From assembly GCA_026129165.1 (NCBI GenBank), contig JAHCIP010000004.1, forward strand, positions 1-57,124: a stretch of 57,124 bases of DNA, read 5' to 3'. Both the position numbers and the translations under genes were made by a program. A model generated the notes under the pieces. The model ran no database searches. It saw only the letters and a list, made by a program, of their open reading frames with translations, and was not told where the DNA came from. Origin of the DNA: Anaerolineae bacterium (GTDB lineage Bacteria; Chloroflexota; Anaerolineae; Epilineales; JAHCIE01). This document shows, piece after piece, positions 44,722 to 54,004 of this stretch; position 1 is the stretch's first letter, and every line of letters starts with the position of its first letter.

Positions 44722-45807
44722 TTGGCCGTTTTGTCCCAGTTTATGGCCCGTCTAAAGGCGGATATCGAGGAGCCTCTCCGTATAGCCCGCGTCCCTGGCC
44801 TCGTCCTGGCGGTAGCGCGGGAGGGCCAGCCTGTTGAACAACTCGTCATCGGGGTTGACGCGGTAGGGACACCGCTCGCCCAGGACAGTCTGTTCCCGGT
44901 CGCGTCCATTACCAAGCTGGCGACGGCCCTGGCCGTGCTCCGCCTGCGCGACGACGGCGCGCTGCGGCTGGACGACCCCATTGTGCGCTATCTGCCCGAA
45001 GCTGCCGCCGCCCAGCCGGGGGTGACAGTACGTAAGCTGCTGTGCCATACGGCCGGGTTGCCGACGGATGTATCCGCGAACCTGGCACCGTATACGGCCC
45101 GCCTCAGTTGGCCCATCCTGGCGCGCGCCTGCCTGGAAACTGAGTTATCTCATCGCCCGGCCACGCTGGTCCTGTACAGTAATGTAGGCTACGGGCTGCT
45201 GGGTGAGATTGTCGAGCGGCAGATGGGGCAGCCCTTTGCCCAGGCATTGCGCGAGTTGGTCATGGACCCGCTGGAGGTGGAGGCGTACCTGGGTGTCCCC
45301 CACCGACCTACAGCGCGGGTAGCGGATGTACGCAGCAGCCATCATGGGACCGACCTGGAACCCTACAACTCCGACTTCTGGTTATCACTGGCCCTGCCTT
45401 ACGGCGGGCTGGTGACGACGATGGAAGGGGCGCTTGCGCTGGTCCAGGCGTTCAACGGGAAGGCGGAGGAGTTTCTGCGCACGACCACCCTTTTGGAGGC
45501 GACACGTAACCAGGCGGGCGAACTGGCCGGTAGGTCGGGGTTGCTCCAGTGGCCCTTCTGCCCTTGGGGTCTGGGGCCGGAGTTGCGCGACGCCAAGACG
45601 CCGCATTGGTCGCCGCCTGAAGCGAGCGCCGAGTCCTTCGGCCACGCGGGAGCGTCGGGCTGCCTGGCCTGGTGCGACTCGTCAGCTGGCGTCGCCTGGG
45701 CGTTCCACGGCGCACGGGTGGCGGATACCGGCTGGCTGCTGCGGAGGGGAGCGGCCATCGGCGCGGCGATTCTGAAACGGGTAGGTGAAGAGTCTAGACA
45801 GAATTAA
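44722..45807 (+). CDS. Serine hydrolase, beta-lactamase family
   Basis: ASITK (SxxK), LLCHTAGL, YSN, FGHAG. Start may be 44731 or 44743; no signal peptide. Confidence 0.88.
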   Translation: MAVLSQFMARLKADIEEPLRIARVPGLVLAVAREGQPVEQLVIGVDAVGTPLAQDSLFPVASITKLATALAVLRLRDDGALRLDDPIVRYLPEAAAAQPGVTVRKLLCHTAGLPTDVSANLAPYTARLSWPILARACLETELSHRPATLVLYSNVGYGLLGEIVERQMGQPFAQALRELVMDPLEVEAYLGVPHRPTARVADVRSSHHGTDLEPYNSDFWLSLALPYGGLVTTMEGALALVQAFNGKAEEFLRTTTLLEATRNQAGELAGRSGLLQWPFCPWGLGPELRDAKTPHWSPPEASAESFGHAGASGCLAWCDSSAGVAWAFHGARVADTGWLLRRGAAIGAAILKRVGEESRQN

Positions 45808-45864
45808 CATAATTTAAATAATTTACATAATGATAAGAAAAGGTGTGAGTCACGGGAGACAGGG

Positions 45865-46593
45865 ATGGAAATCCAGGTGGCGGCGGCGAAGGTCGGTAAA
45901 TACGCGACACGCGAGAGCGGCGATACGTTTGAGGTGGTCGAGCGGCCCCACGGCGGGCTGTCGTTTGTCCTGGCTGATGGCCAGCGCAGCGGCCGGGGAG
46001 CGAAGTCCATCAGCAACATTGTCGCCCGCAAGGCCATTAGCCTGCTGGCCGAGGGGGTGCGGGATGGCGTCGTCGCCCGCGCCGCCCACGACTACCTGTA
46101 TACCCAACGCTCGGCGCAGGTCATCTCCACCCTCAACATGGTCTCGATGGACCTGGCGACACGCACCATCGTCATCTCGCGCAACAACCCGTCGCCCGTC
46201 TACGTGGCGCAGCCGGGGGGGCTGCGCCCCCTGGACGAGCCATCGCAGCCCATCGGCGTCCACCGGGGGACCAAGCCTCATATCACCGAGTTGCCCATCG
46301 AGCCGAATATGTTCGTGGTCGTCTTTACCGACGGCATTGATGGTGCAGGGGTGCGCTACGGGCTGAAGCTGGACCTGCCCAAACTTATCACGGACTATTT
46401 CGAAACCGAAACAAAGGTCGGGGGCCGGTCCGAGTCGGCGCAGGCTCTGGCCGACCTCATCCTGGCCGAGGCGCTGAAGCTCGACCAGGACCGCCCCAAC
46501 GACGACATGAGCGTGGTGGTCGTGGCCGTGCTGCCGCGCACGGTTCAGGACGGCGCGCGGCGCATGACGATGCACTTCCCCCTGGAGGGTTAG
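45865..46593 (+). CDS. PP2C/SpoIIE-family protein phosphatase (stand-alone)
   Basis: ESGD, LADGQ.SG, FTDGI, DDMSVVV. Confidence 0.85.
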   Translation: MEIQVAAAKVGKYATRESGDTFEVVERPHGGLSFVLADGQRSGRGAKSISNIVARKAISLLAEGVRDGVVARAAHDYLYTQRSAQVISTLNMVSMDLATRTIVISRNNPSPVYVAQPGGLRPLDEPSQPIGVHRGTKPHITELPIEPNMFVVVFTDGIDGAGVRYGLKLDLPKLITDYFETETKVGGRSESAQALADLILAEALKLDQDRPNDDMSVVVVAVLPRTVQDGARRMTMHFPLEG

Positions 46594-46624
46594 CACAGCG
46601 TTGGGGTGTATCGCCGCCCACAAT

Positions 46625-46653
46625 TTGACCTACCCTGGTGAAGGGGCTATAAT
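46625..46653 (+). promoter_or_regulatory. Sigma-70 promoter of secDF
   Basis: TTGACC-17 bp-TATAAT. Confidence 0.8.
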
Positions 46654-46785
46654 TCGGTTTGCTCTGGTTGTGGTTGACGCACTCCCGCTCCCGCCGCCAT
46701 CACGGTCGAGGTTGCCTCGGCCTGCCTTTGTGGCGGCGTTGCTGTGTGCTTGGCCGATTCTTAGTCAGGAGGTTTGACTCCGTAT

Positions 46786-48213
46786 ATGGACCGACGTTTT
46801 TGGACAACGGTGGGTTTTATTGTTCTGGTGTCTGTACTGGCTTTTTGGGTCGCCTGGCCGCATGATCCGGCTCTGCGTATCAACCTGGGGCCTATTAGTT
46901 TCCCCGATATTAAAGTTCACGAGGGATTGGACTTGCAGGGCGGCCTTCAGGTACTTCTCCAGGCTAAGACCCCTGACAATCTCCCCCCGCCCCGCGCCGA
47001 CCTCGACGCCACGCGCTTTATCATCGAAAACCGTGTCAATGGCCTCGGCGTCTCCGAGCCGGTGGTCCAGATTCAAGGTGAGGATAAGATCGTCGTCGAG
47101 TTGCCAGGGGTGAGCGATCCCGACGCCGCCATCCGTACCTTCGGCCAGACGGGCCGCCTCGAGTTTGTGGATGCGGGTGACACATCTCTGTCCCCCGGCG
47201 AGAAGGTCCAGACGACCTACCCAACCCTGTATCCGGTACCGGAAGATCAGTTGACGGCTACCTCGGCGGTAACCAGCACGACCGCCGTGTCGGGGACAAC
47301 CCAGACCGCCCCGCAGCGCAAGTTTGCTACCGTGATCACCGGCGAGCACCTGCGCACGGCCGAGTTGGGCTTCTCTCAGACGGGCAACAAGCCGCTGGTC
47401 AACTTCGCGTTGACCTCGGACGGCGCGCGCCGCTTCCAGGATTACAGCAGCAAGAACATTGGCAAGGTTTTGGCTATTGTTCTCGACGGCGAAGTGATCT
47501 CCGCCCCGGTCATCCGAGGCGTCATCAGCGACCAGGGCCAGATCGAAGGCCAGTTCAGCCGCGAAGAGGCGAACGCCCTAGTCCTCCAGCTCAAGTACGG
47601 CGCGCTTAAGGTGCCGCTGGAAGTGGTTAACACCCGTACCGTCGGTCCGACGCTGGGTCAGGACTCGGTCCACCGCAGCGTCCTCGCTGGGATAGTCGGT
47701 ATGCTAGCGGTCGCGCTGTTTATGATCATCTACTATCGCCTGCCGGGCGTCCTGGCGACGGTCGCCTTGCTGATCTACGGCGCGATCACCTTCGCCCTGT
47801 TCAAGCTTATCCCCGTCACGCTGACGCTGCCGGGTATCGCGGGCTTCGTCTTATCTATTGGCATGGCGGTGGACGCCAACGTGCTCATCTTTGAACGCAT
47901 GAGAGAGGAGTTGCGGCACGGGCGCCGTCTGCGCCAGGCGGTCGAAACAGGCTTTAGCCGCGCCTGGCCGTCCATCCGCGACTCTAACGTGTCCACCCTG
48001 CTGACGTGCCTGATTCTGTTCTGGTTCGGCTCGCAGTTTGGCGCGAGCATCGTCAAGGGCTTCGCGCTGACGCTGGCGCTGGGCGTTGTGGTGAGTATGT
48101 TTACGGCTATCGTGGTGACCCGCACTTTCCTCCGCCTGACGCGGCGGATGTGGGACCTGGAAGAGGACACGGCTGCGGCGAGCGGCCACCTCCATCGGCT
48201 GTTCGGTTTCTAA
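46786..48213 (+). CDS. secD: Protein translocase subunit SecD
   Basis: GLDLQGG, RVNGLGVSEP, LAIVLDG.VISAP, VGPTLG, TLTLPGIAG..L.IGMAVDANVLIFER.REE, VKGFA.TL. Confidence 0.96.
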   Translation: MDRRFWTTVGFIVLVSVLAFWVAWPHDPALRINLGPISFPDIKVHEGLDLQGGLQVLLQAKTPDNLPPPRADLDATRFIIENRVNGLGVSEPVVQIQGEDKIVVELPGVSDPDAAIRTFGQTGRLEFVDAGDTSLSPGEKVQTTYPTLYPVPEDQLTATSAVTSTTAVSGTTQTAPQRKFATVITGEHLRTAELGFSQTGNKPLVNFALTSDGARRFQDYSSKNIGKVLAIVLDGEVISAPVIRGVISDQGQIEGQFSREEANALVLQLKYGALKVPLEVVNTRTVGPTLGQDSVHRSVLAGIVGMLAVALFMIIYYRLPGVLATVALLIYGAITFALFKLIPVTLTLPGIAGFVLSIGMAVDANVLIFERMREELRHGRRLRQAVETGFSRAWPSIRDSNVSTLLTCLILFWFGSQFGASIVKGFALTLALGVVVSMFTAIVVTRTFLRLTRRMWDLEEDTAAASGHLHRLFGF

Positions 48214-48226
48214 GAAGGAGAGCGCC

Positions 48227-49177
48227 GTGTTTCATATCGTTGAGAAGCGATACCTCTACTTTGCCATCTCCCTCATCGCGATTATACCGGGCCTGATCGC
48301 CCTGGGGCTGTGGGGACTGCCGCTGTCGATTGACTTCCTCGGCGGCTCGCTCATCGAGGTCCAATTCAACCAGCCGACCGTAGCGATCCAGCCGGCCGAT
48401 GTCAAGGCGGTTCTGGCCGAGCTTGACTTTGGGGACTCGGTCGTCCAGACCACGGAAGGTAACGTCGTCCTGATTCGCACGCGCTATATCCAGGACCTGG
48501 ACACCAAGAACCGCATCTACGACGCCTTGCGCGCGAAGTATGGCGACCTGACCGAGCAGCAGTTCGCCAGCGTCGGCCCCTCGGTGGGCGCGGCGGTCGC
48601 GCAGCGCGCGGCCGGCGCGGTACTCGCTGCCTCCGTTGTCATTGCGCTCTACATCGCCTGGGCCTTCCGCCGCGTGCCCCACCCCTTCCGCTATGGGGTC
48701 GCGGCCATTGTGTCTATGCTCCACGACGTTTTGGTTGTGGTTGGCCTGTCGGCGATTATGGGTAAGCTGCTCGGCTGGCAGGTGGATTCCCTGTTCCTAA
48801 CGGCTCTGCTGACCGTCATCGGCTTCTCGGTTCACGATACCATTGTCGTGTTTGACCGCATCCGCGAGAACCTGACGCGCTACCGGGGCGAGAAGTACGA
48901 GGAAATCGTCAACTTCAGCATCGTCCAGACGCTGGCGCGGTCCATCAACACCTCGCTGACAGTGTTGTTGACTCTGCTGGCGATGGCGCTGCTGGGCGGC
49001 GTGACAGTGCGCCACTTCGTCATCTGGCTGCTTATTGGTATCGCCAGCGGCATGTACTCGTCTATCTTCAACGCCGCGCCCATCCTGGTCGTCTGGGAGA
49101 CGGGCGAGTGGCGCAACTGGCCGCTCGTGCGTCAGTTGCTGGGCCGCCGTCAGTCCGCCCGCGCCAGCCAGGCGTAA
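48227..49177 (+). CDS. secF: Protein translocase subunit SecF
   Basis: IDF.GGS, VGPSVG, LHDV, LTVIGFSVHDTIVVFDRIREN, QTLARSINTS, YSSIF.A. Confidence 0.96.
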   Translation: MFHIVEKRYLYFAISLIAIIPGLIALGLWGLPLSIDFLGGSLIEVQFNQPTVAIQPADVKAVLAELDFGDSVVQTTEGNVVLIRTRYIQDLDTKNRIYDALRAKYGDLTEQQFASVGPSVGAAVAQRAAGAVLAASVVIALYIAWAFRRVPHPFRYGVAAIVSMLHDVLVVVGLSAIMGKLLGWQVDSLFLTALLTVIGFSVHDTIVVFDRIRENLTRYRGEKYEEIVNFSIVQTLARSINTSLTVLLTLLAMALLGGVTVRHFVIWLLIGIASGMYSSIFNAAPILVVWETGEWRNWPLVRQLLGRRQSARASQA

Positions 49178-49190
49178 GTAGGTCTCGTTC

Positions 49191-49335
49191 GGACGGCCTA
49201 ACCAGGGGAGCCTGTCCGCGCGCCCGATCTCGTATAACTTGTGCTATGAGCAGACCCGAAGGGCATCCAATCTCCCTTCGGGTCTGGCTATCTGGTACCG
49301 GGTAATCCGTTCGCGCGGACAGGCTTGCTCCGTCC
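49191..49335. ncRNA. Candidate structured RNA (nested hairpin with central bubble)
   Basis: Perfect 14-bp outer stem (49209-22/49312-25), perfect 13-bp inner stem (49251-63/49274-86), and a GGACGG/CCGTCC closing pair. Confidence 0.35.
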
Positions 49336-49398
49336 ATCCCCCTATCCGTGCTCTATGCTCTAGACTGCGACACCGCCTGGCGGGATACCCTGTTCGCC

Positions 49399-49428
49399 TT
49401 GCCCCGGATGCCCTGCTATGGCTATAAT
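49399..49428 (+). promoter_or_regulatory. Sigma-70 promoter of the cphB operon
   Basis: TTGCCC-18 bp-TATAAT; GAGGAG RBS downstream. Confidence 0.6.
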
Positions 49429-49469
49429 TAATGAACGTGTGGATTCTCATATGAGGAGTAGAGACGGTT

Positions 49470-50660
49470 GTGTTAGACTGGAAGATTGGTGAAGACGACG
49501 ATACGCCAGAAAATTTAGCTGAGGCCTTGCCCCGCCGTCGCTGGCGGGTCCCGCGTTGGCTGTGGATGGGGACGCTGGGGATTGTCCTGGTCGCGGCCCT
49601 GACCACCGCCGCTTACTTTTTCCTGGGCGTTCGCGAAGGCGAAGCGAAGGCGCGGGCGGAAATTCAACAGGCGGCTGACCTGGAGATCTGGGCCCGTCAG
49701 AACGATAACCGCGTCGTGTTCTTCGAGTCGCTCGACCCAGCCGCGCCGCGCGATTGGCGCACCCGCCAGGTCCGCGACTGGCGCGAAGGCGAGGAGTGGC
49801 GCGCGGGGGCGAAAGTGGTCCGCGTCGAATTGAACGACGATCTGGCGTGGGTCGAGTTGGAATTGACCAACAAGGCCGGTAAGGTCTTCCGTGAGGGACG
49901 CTTCTACCGGCGAGGGGCCGATGGGCGCTGGCGGCGGAGCGCCGGCAGCGACGACTTCTGGGGGCCGTCGCGGGTCATCGAAACCAAGTACTTCCAGGTT
50001 CAGCATCACCTGCGGGACGCCCCCTATGTCCGGCAGGCGACGGAAGGGCTGGACGAGTGGTATGGTCAGGTGCGGGCAGACTTTGGGCTGCCGGCCCCGA
50101 CCGGCTTTCGCGTGATTGATATTGTCGCCGATCCGGAGGCCGCCAGCAGCGCCAACTTGGTCGTGAAGTCCCCCTTGCTTGACTTGCGCACAGGGGATGA
50201 TACGCCGGCCAATAACCTGCGCGGCTGGATCGCCTACAAGCTGGCGGAAGAGCTGATGAATGATATCCTGCCCACGACCGTGCGCACCAGTTCCACCGCC
50301 TACCGTAGCTTACTGACCGGCGTACTGTACTGGGAAGTCAGCCAGGTCGCGCCGTTCACCCCATCCGAGCAAACGGAATTGCGCCTGATTCTGTCCCAGG
50401 CAGCCGCGAGCAACTCGCTCATTCCGCCCAGCCAATTGATGCCAACGATGCCGGACGAGGCCGGCCAGCGGCTGCTCTGGCCGCAGCAGGTCGCCACGGG
50501 GGCCTTCATCGCCGACACCTACGGTCGGGCCAGCTTTGCGAAACTCCTGCGCCAGACGGGGACTTCCCTGGAACAGACCGTGCCCCGCGCGTTGGGCGTC
50601 ACCTATACCGCGTTTGAGCAGAACTGGCGTCGCTACGTCCAGCAAAAATATACGAGTTGA
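49470..50660 (+). CDS. Membrane-anchored hypothetical protein with a peptidase-MA-like C-terminus lacking HExxH
   Basis: One N-terminal TM. C-terminal 'FIADTYG...F.KLL......LEQ....ALG.....FEQ.WR.Y' resembles gluzincin/MA-clan tails. No HExxH is present. Confidence 0.6.
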   Translation: MLDWKIGEDDDTPENLAEALPRRRWRVPRWLWMGTLGIVLVAALTTAAYFFLGVREGEAKARAEIQQAADLEIWARQNDNRVVFFESLDPAAPRDWRTRQVRDWREGEEWRAGAKVVRVELNDDLAWVELELTNKAGKVFREGRFYRRGADGRWRRSAGSDDFWGPSRVIETKYFQVQHHLRDAPYVRQATEGLDEWYGQVRADFGLPAPTGFRVIDIVADPEAASSANLVVKSPLLDLRTGDDTPANNLRGWIAYKLAEELMNDILPTTVRTSSTAYRSLLTGVLYWEVSQVAPFTPSEQTELRLILSQAAASNSLIPPSQLMPTMPDEAGQRLLWPQQVATGAFIADTYGRASFAKLLRQTGTSLEQTVPRALGVTYTAFEQNWRRYVQQKYTS

Positions 50661-50671
50661 CGGAGAGCCGC

Positions 50672-51550
50672 ATGCCCTCATCGTTTGGCGTGCCCGACAC
50701 GCCGCGCGGTCCGCTAGTCGTCATCGGGGGCGCGGAGGACAAGCTGGGCGACCGCCTGATCCTGCGCCGCTTTGTAGACCTGGCTGGGGGCGGGGCAGCC
50801 CGGATCGCTGTGTTACCTGTCGCCTCCTCGTTCTCGGTCGAAGTCGCCGGCCGTTATGAGCACTTGTTCCGTGACCTGGGCGCCTCTCACGTGGAGACGG
50901 TCGATGTCGCGGTCCGCGAGGAGGCGCTCCACGCGGATCGGGCGCGCCCGCTGGACGAGGCGACCGGCATCTTCCTGACGGGCGGCAACCAGCTCAAGAT
51001 TGCCACCTTACTCGGCGGTACGCCCATCGCCACTACACTACGGCGGAGGCACGCGGCCGGCGTAGTGGTCGGCGGGACGAGCGCGGGCGCCTCCGCCCTG
51101 TCACAGCATATGATCGCCTTTGGGCGCGGTGGCCCGTCGCCGACCCAGCGGATGGTCTCGCTCTCGCCTGGCCTCGGCCTGACCAATCGCGTCGTCATTG
51201 ACCAGCACTTCCGCCAGCGCGACCGCATTGGCCGCCTCATGGCCGCCGTCGCCTTCAACCCGTTTCTCATCGGCGTCGGCGTGGATGAGGACACGGCCAT
51301 GATTCTTGACCACCGCAACCTGGTCGAGGTGGTTGGGCGGCATAGTGTCACCTTTGTGGATGGCGCGGACATCACCTACACTGATATTCACCAGGTCAAA
51401 CAGCACGCCAACGTGGCGGTCTACAACCTGCGCGTGCATGTTCTGACCCACGGCCAGCGGTTCGACCTGGTCGCCCGCCAGCCGCTGCTGCCTATGCACG
51501 TCCTGACCCAGTCGGCGCCTGTCGCTCTGGAGGCGGCGGACGATGAATAA
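50672..51550 (+). CDS. cphB: Cyanophycinase
   Basis: LVVIGGAEDK, IFLTGGNQ, GGTSAGA (Ser), IDQHF.QR.R.GRL (His), GVDEDTA (Glu); no signal peptide. Confidence 0.93.
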   Translation: MPSSFGVPDTPRGPLVVIGGAEDKLGDRLILRRFVDLAGGGAARIAVLPVASSFSVEVAGRYEHLFRDLGASHVETVDVAVREEALHADRARPLDEATGIFLTGGNQLKIATLLGGTPIATTLRRRHAAGVVVGGTSAGASALSQHMIAFGRGGPSPTQRMVSLSPGLGLTNRVVIDQHFRQRDRIGRLMAAVAFNPFLIGVGVDEDTAMILDHRNLVEVVGRHSVTFVDGADITYTDIHQVKQHANVAVYNLRVHVLTHGQRFDLVARQPLLPMHVLTQSAPVALEAADDE

Positions 51551-52346
51551 CGGTTTCGGGCGGGACCGCGAGGCTGGGGCGTATACGCCGTGGGCCATCG
51601 AGGCGGTTGGGCTGACCAAGACCTATGGCTCGGTCGCGGCGGCTCAGGACGTCTCCCTCCACGTGCGGCCCGGTGAAATCTACGGCTTCCTGGGACCGAA
51701 CGGCGCGGGTAAGACGACGACCATCAAGATGTTGGTGGGGCTGCTCAAGCCGACGCAGGGCTATGCGCGCATCGCTGGCTATGACATCCAGCGTCAGCCG
51801 CTCGACGCCAAGGCGCGGCTGGGCTATGTGCCCGACCAGCCCATCCTCTACGATAAGCTGCGCGGCCTGGAGTTTCTGGTCTTTATGGCGCGGCTGTACC
51901 GCATTGACCCGGTCACAGCCGCGCGCCGCGCCGACGAGTTGTTGCGTCTGTTCGACCTGCGCGACGCGGCCGACCAGATGGTTGAAGGCTACTCTCACGG
52001 CATGCGTCAGAAGCTGGCCCTGGCTGGCGCGCTCATCCACCGCCCCTCGGTCCTGTTCTTGGACGAACCCACCGTCGGGCTGGACCCGAAGAGTGCGCGG
52101 CTCATCAAGGACTTGCTGCTCCAACTGCGCGAGTCCGGCGTGACGGTGATGATGTCTACCCATATCCTGGAAATCGCCGAGAGGATGTGCGACCGCGTGG
52201 GCATCATCGAACACGGCCGCCTCATCGCGGAGGGCACGCTGGCTGAGTTGCGGTCGCGGCAAGGGAGTATGGCTAGCCTGGAGGAGATTTTCTTGTCGCT
52301 CACCGGGGGCGCGGACTACGCCGAGTTGGCGCGGGTGCTGGGATGA
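51543..52346 (+). CDS. ABC transporter ATP-binding protein (ABC-2/exporter type)
   Basis: GPNGAGKTT, YSHGMRQK, FLDEPT.GLDP, STH; overlaps the cphB stop. Confidence 0.95.
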   Translation: MNNGFGRDREAGAYTPWAIEAVGLTKTYGSVAAAQDVSLHVRPGEIYGFLGPNGAGKTTTIKMLVGLLKPTQGYARIAGYDIQRQPLDAKARLGYVPDQPILYDKLRGLEFLVFMARLYRIDPVTAARRADELLRLFDLRDAADQMVEGYSHGMRQKLALAGALIHRPSVLFLDEPTVGLDPKSARLIKDLLLQLRESGVTVMMSTHILEIAERMCDRVGIIEHGRLIAEGTLAELRSRQGSMASLEEIFLSLTGGADYAELARVLG

Positions 52347-54004
52347 CAGACTTCGCCCGCACTACCAGCCTCTTGTTGGGCGCTGGCCTGCGCATTTGGT
52401 GGAACCGACTGAGGCGTTCAACGTGGCGGTTCCGTATCAGTTGGGCGCTCCTGCTGGGCTTTGTTGCCGCTTTCGCCGGCCTGTTTGCCCTGGCCGTCTA
52501 CTTCTCGGTGCGCTTTGCCGTGCGGGCCGGGGCCGCCGAAGGTCTACACACCTTGCCGGGCGGGATGCTCTTTAGCGTCTTCCTGTTTGCCTTTGTCACC
52601 GGCTTTGGCCTGGCTCTGTCTGCCCTCTACCTGTCGTCCGACCTCGACCTGCTGCTAACGACACCTGTCCCCATCCACTCCATCTTTACTGCCAAGCTCG
52701 TTCAGGCCACCCTGCCCATGTATCTGCTGGTCGCCCTGCCCATCGTCCCCTCGCTGTGGGCGTTCGGCCACGCGCAGGGCTACAACCCGCTATACTACCT
52801 GGGTCTGCTGCCTGTCCTGCTCATCCTGCCGCTGCTCCCCGCCGCCCTCTCCGCCCTCGCCGTCATGCTCGTCGTGCGCGTGGTCCCACCGCGCCGCCTG
52901 GCCGAGATCATGGGCTTTCTCGTCGCGGCCTTCAGCATCGCGTTTTCTATCTGGGGCCAGGGCGCGAGTACTGGCGCGGTGCGTGGACAGCCGGGGCTGA
53001 TCTTCACGACACTGCGCTCGCTGGATATTCCATTTACGCCGCCGAGTCTGGCCGGGCAGGCCCTGGTCGCGCTGGGCACGGGCGACTGGTCGGAGGCGCT
53101 TAGGAGCCTGGCGGGGTTCGTCGCCCTATCGCTGTGTGGCTTCGTCATCGCCCTGGACTTTTCGACGTCGCTTTACTATTCAGGTTGGTCGAAGGTGCGG
53201 TCAGCGGGTGTGCGTAGTAAGCCGCGCCGCGCCATTCGGCCCGGTCTTCCTCTCCTGCGCGACCTGTTCGCCCACCCCGTCCCCGCCCTCATCCTCAAGG
53301 ACTTTAGAACGTTCCCCCGTGACCTGTCGAACCTGGTCCAGATTATCTCGCCGTTGGTCTTCAGCCTGTTCTGGGCTTGGCAACTTCTGCGCTTACCGCT
53401 ACGTGGTGGTGTCATCAGCGGCGCCTTCGGCGTGCTATGGCCGCTGGCCGGGACATTGTGGGCGGTGGGCATCACGGGCATGGTCTTCTCGCGCATGGCG
53501 CTGACCGGGGTGAGTCGCGAAGGCCGGACGGTATGGGTTCTCCGCGCCGCCCCGATGACGACATGGCAGTGGTTGCTGGGTAAGTTTGTGGTGGCGTGGG
53601 CGCCGTTTGTGGGGGTGGGGAGCTTGCTGGTCATCGCGCTCGGACGATTGCAGGGGAGCGACTGGCTTAGTATCGGCGAGGGCGTGCTGGCGATGACCCT
53701 CGTCTCGCTGGGAGTGACGGGCATCGCGTTGGGGATTGGCGGAGCCGTGCCACGCTTCGACTGGTCCCAGCCCCACCAGATGGTCGGTTACGGCGAGGGC
53801 TGCCTGTCGAGTATTGCCTATGGTGTCTTTTCGGGCGTGATTCTGGTTATCTTTGCCGGGGCGCGTCTCGCGGCAGCCAGCCTCCCTGACGTGACGCTGT
53901 TCATCTGGCTCGGCGCCCTCTCCCTGGCCGGCCTGCTTACCCTCGCCGCCACCCTCATCCCCCTCTGGCTGGCGGCACGGCGATTAGAGGATGTCGAGTC
54001 CTAG
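52343..54004 (+). CDS. ABC-2-type exporter permease (internally duplicated, many TM)
   Basis: 553 aa, hydrophobic, with two related motifs 'DLDLLLTTPV....IFTAK' and 'EG...WVLR.APM....L.GK'. ATGA overlap with the ATPase. Confidence 0.82.
   Translation: MTDFARTTSLLLGAGLRIWWNRLRRSTWRFRISWALLLGFVAAFAGLFALAVYFSVRFAVRAGAAEGLHTLPGGMLFSVFLFAFVTGFGLALSALYLSSDLDLLLTTPVPIHSIFTAKLVQATLPMYLLVALPIVPSLWAFGHAQGYNPLYYLGLLPVLLILPLLPAALSALAVMLVVRVVPPRRLAEIMGFLVAAFSIAFSIWGQGASTGAVRGQPGLIFTTLRSLDIPFTPPSLAGQALVALGTGDWSEALRSLAGFVALSLCGFVIALDFSTSLYYSGWSKVRSAGVRSKPRRAIRPGLPLLRDLFAHPVPALILKDFRTFPRDLSNLVQIISPLVFSLFWAWQLLRLPLRGGVISGAFGVLWPLAGTLWAVGITGMVFSRMALTGVSREGRTVWVLRAAPMTTWQWLLGKFVVAWAPFVGVGSLLVIALGRLQGSDWLSIGEGVLAMTLVSLGVTGIALGIGGAVPRFDWSQPHQMVGYGEGCLSSIAYGVFSGVILVIFAGARLAAASLPDVTLFIWLGALSLAGLLTLAATLIPLWLAARRLEDVES

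Noticed and set aside
44722-45807. Antibiotic-resistance beta-lactamase
   Set aside because: No signal peptide; the motifs fit the broad esterase/serine hydrolase family, so resistance cannot be claimed.
46659-46865. 68-aa ORF upstream of and overlapping secD as an arrest/leader peptide
   Set aside because: TTG start without an RBS, out-of-frame overlap deep into secD, and no signal/TM segment or arrest-like motif.
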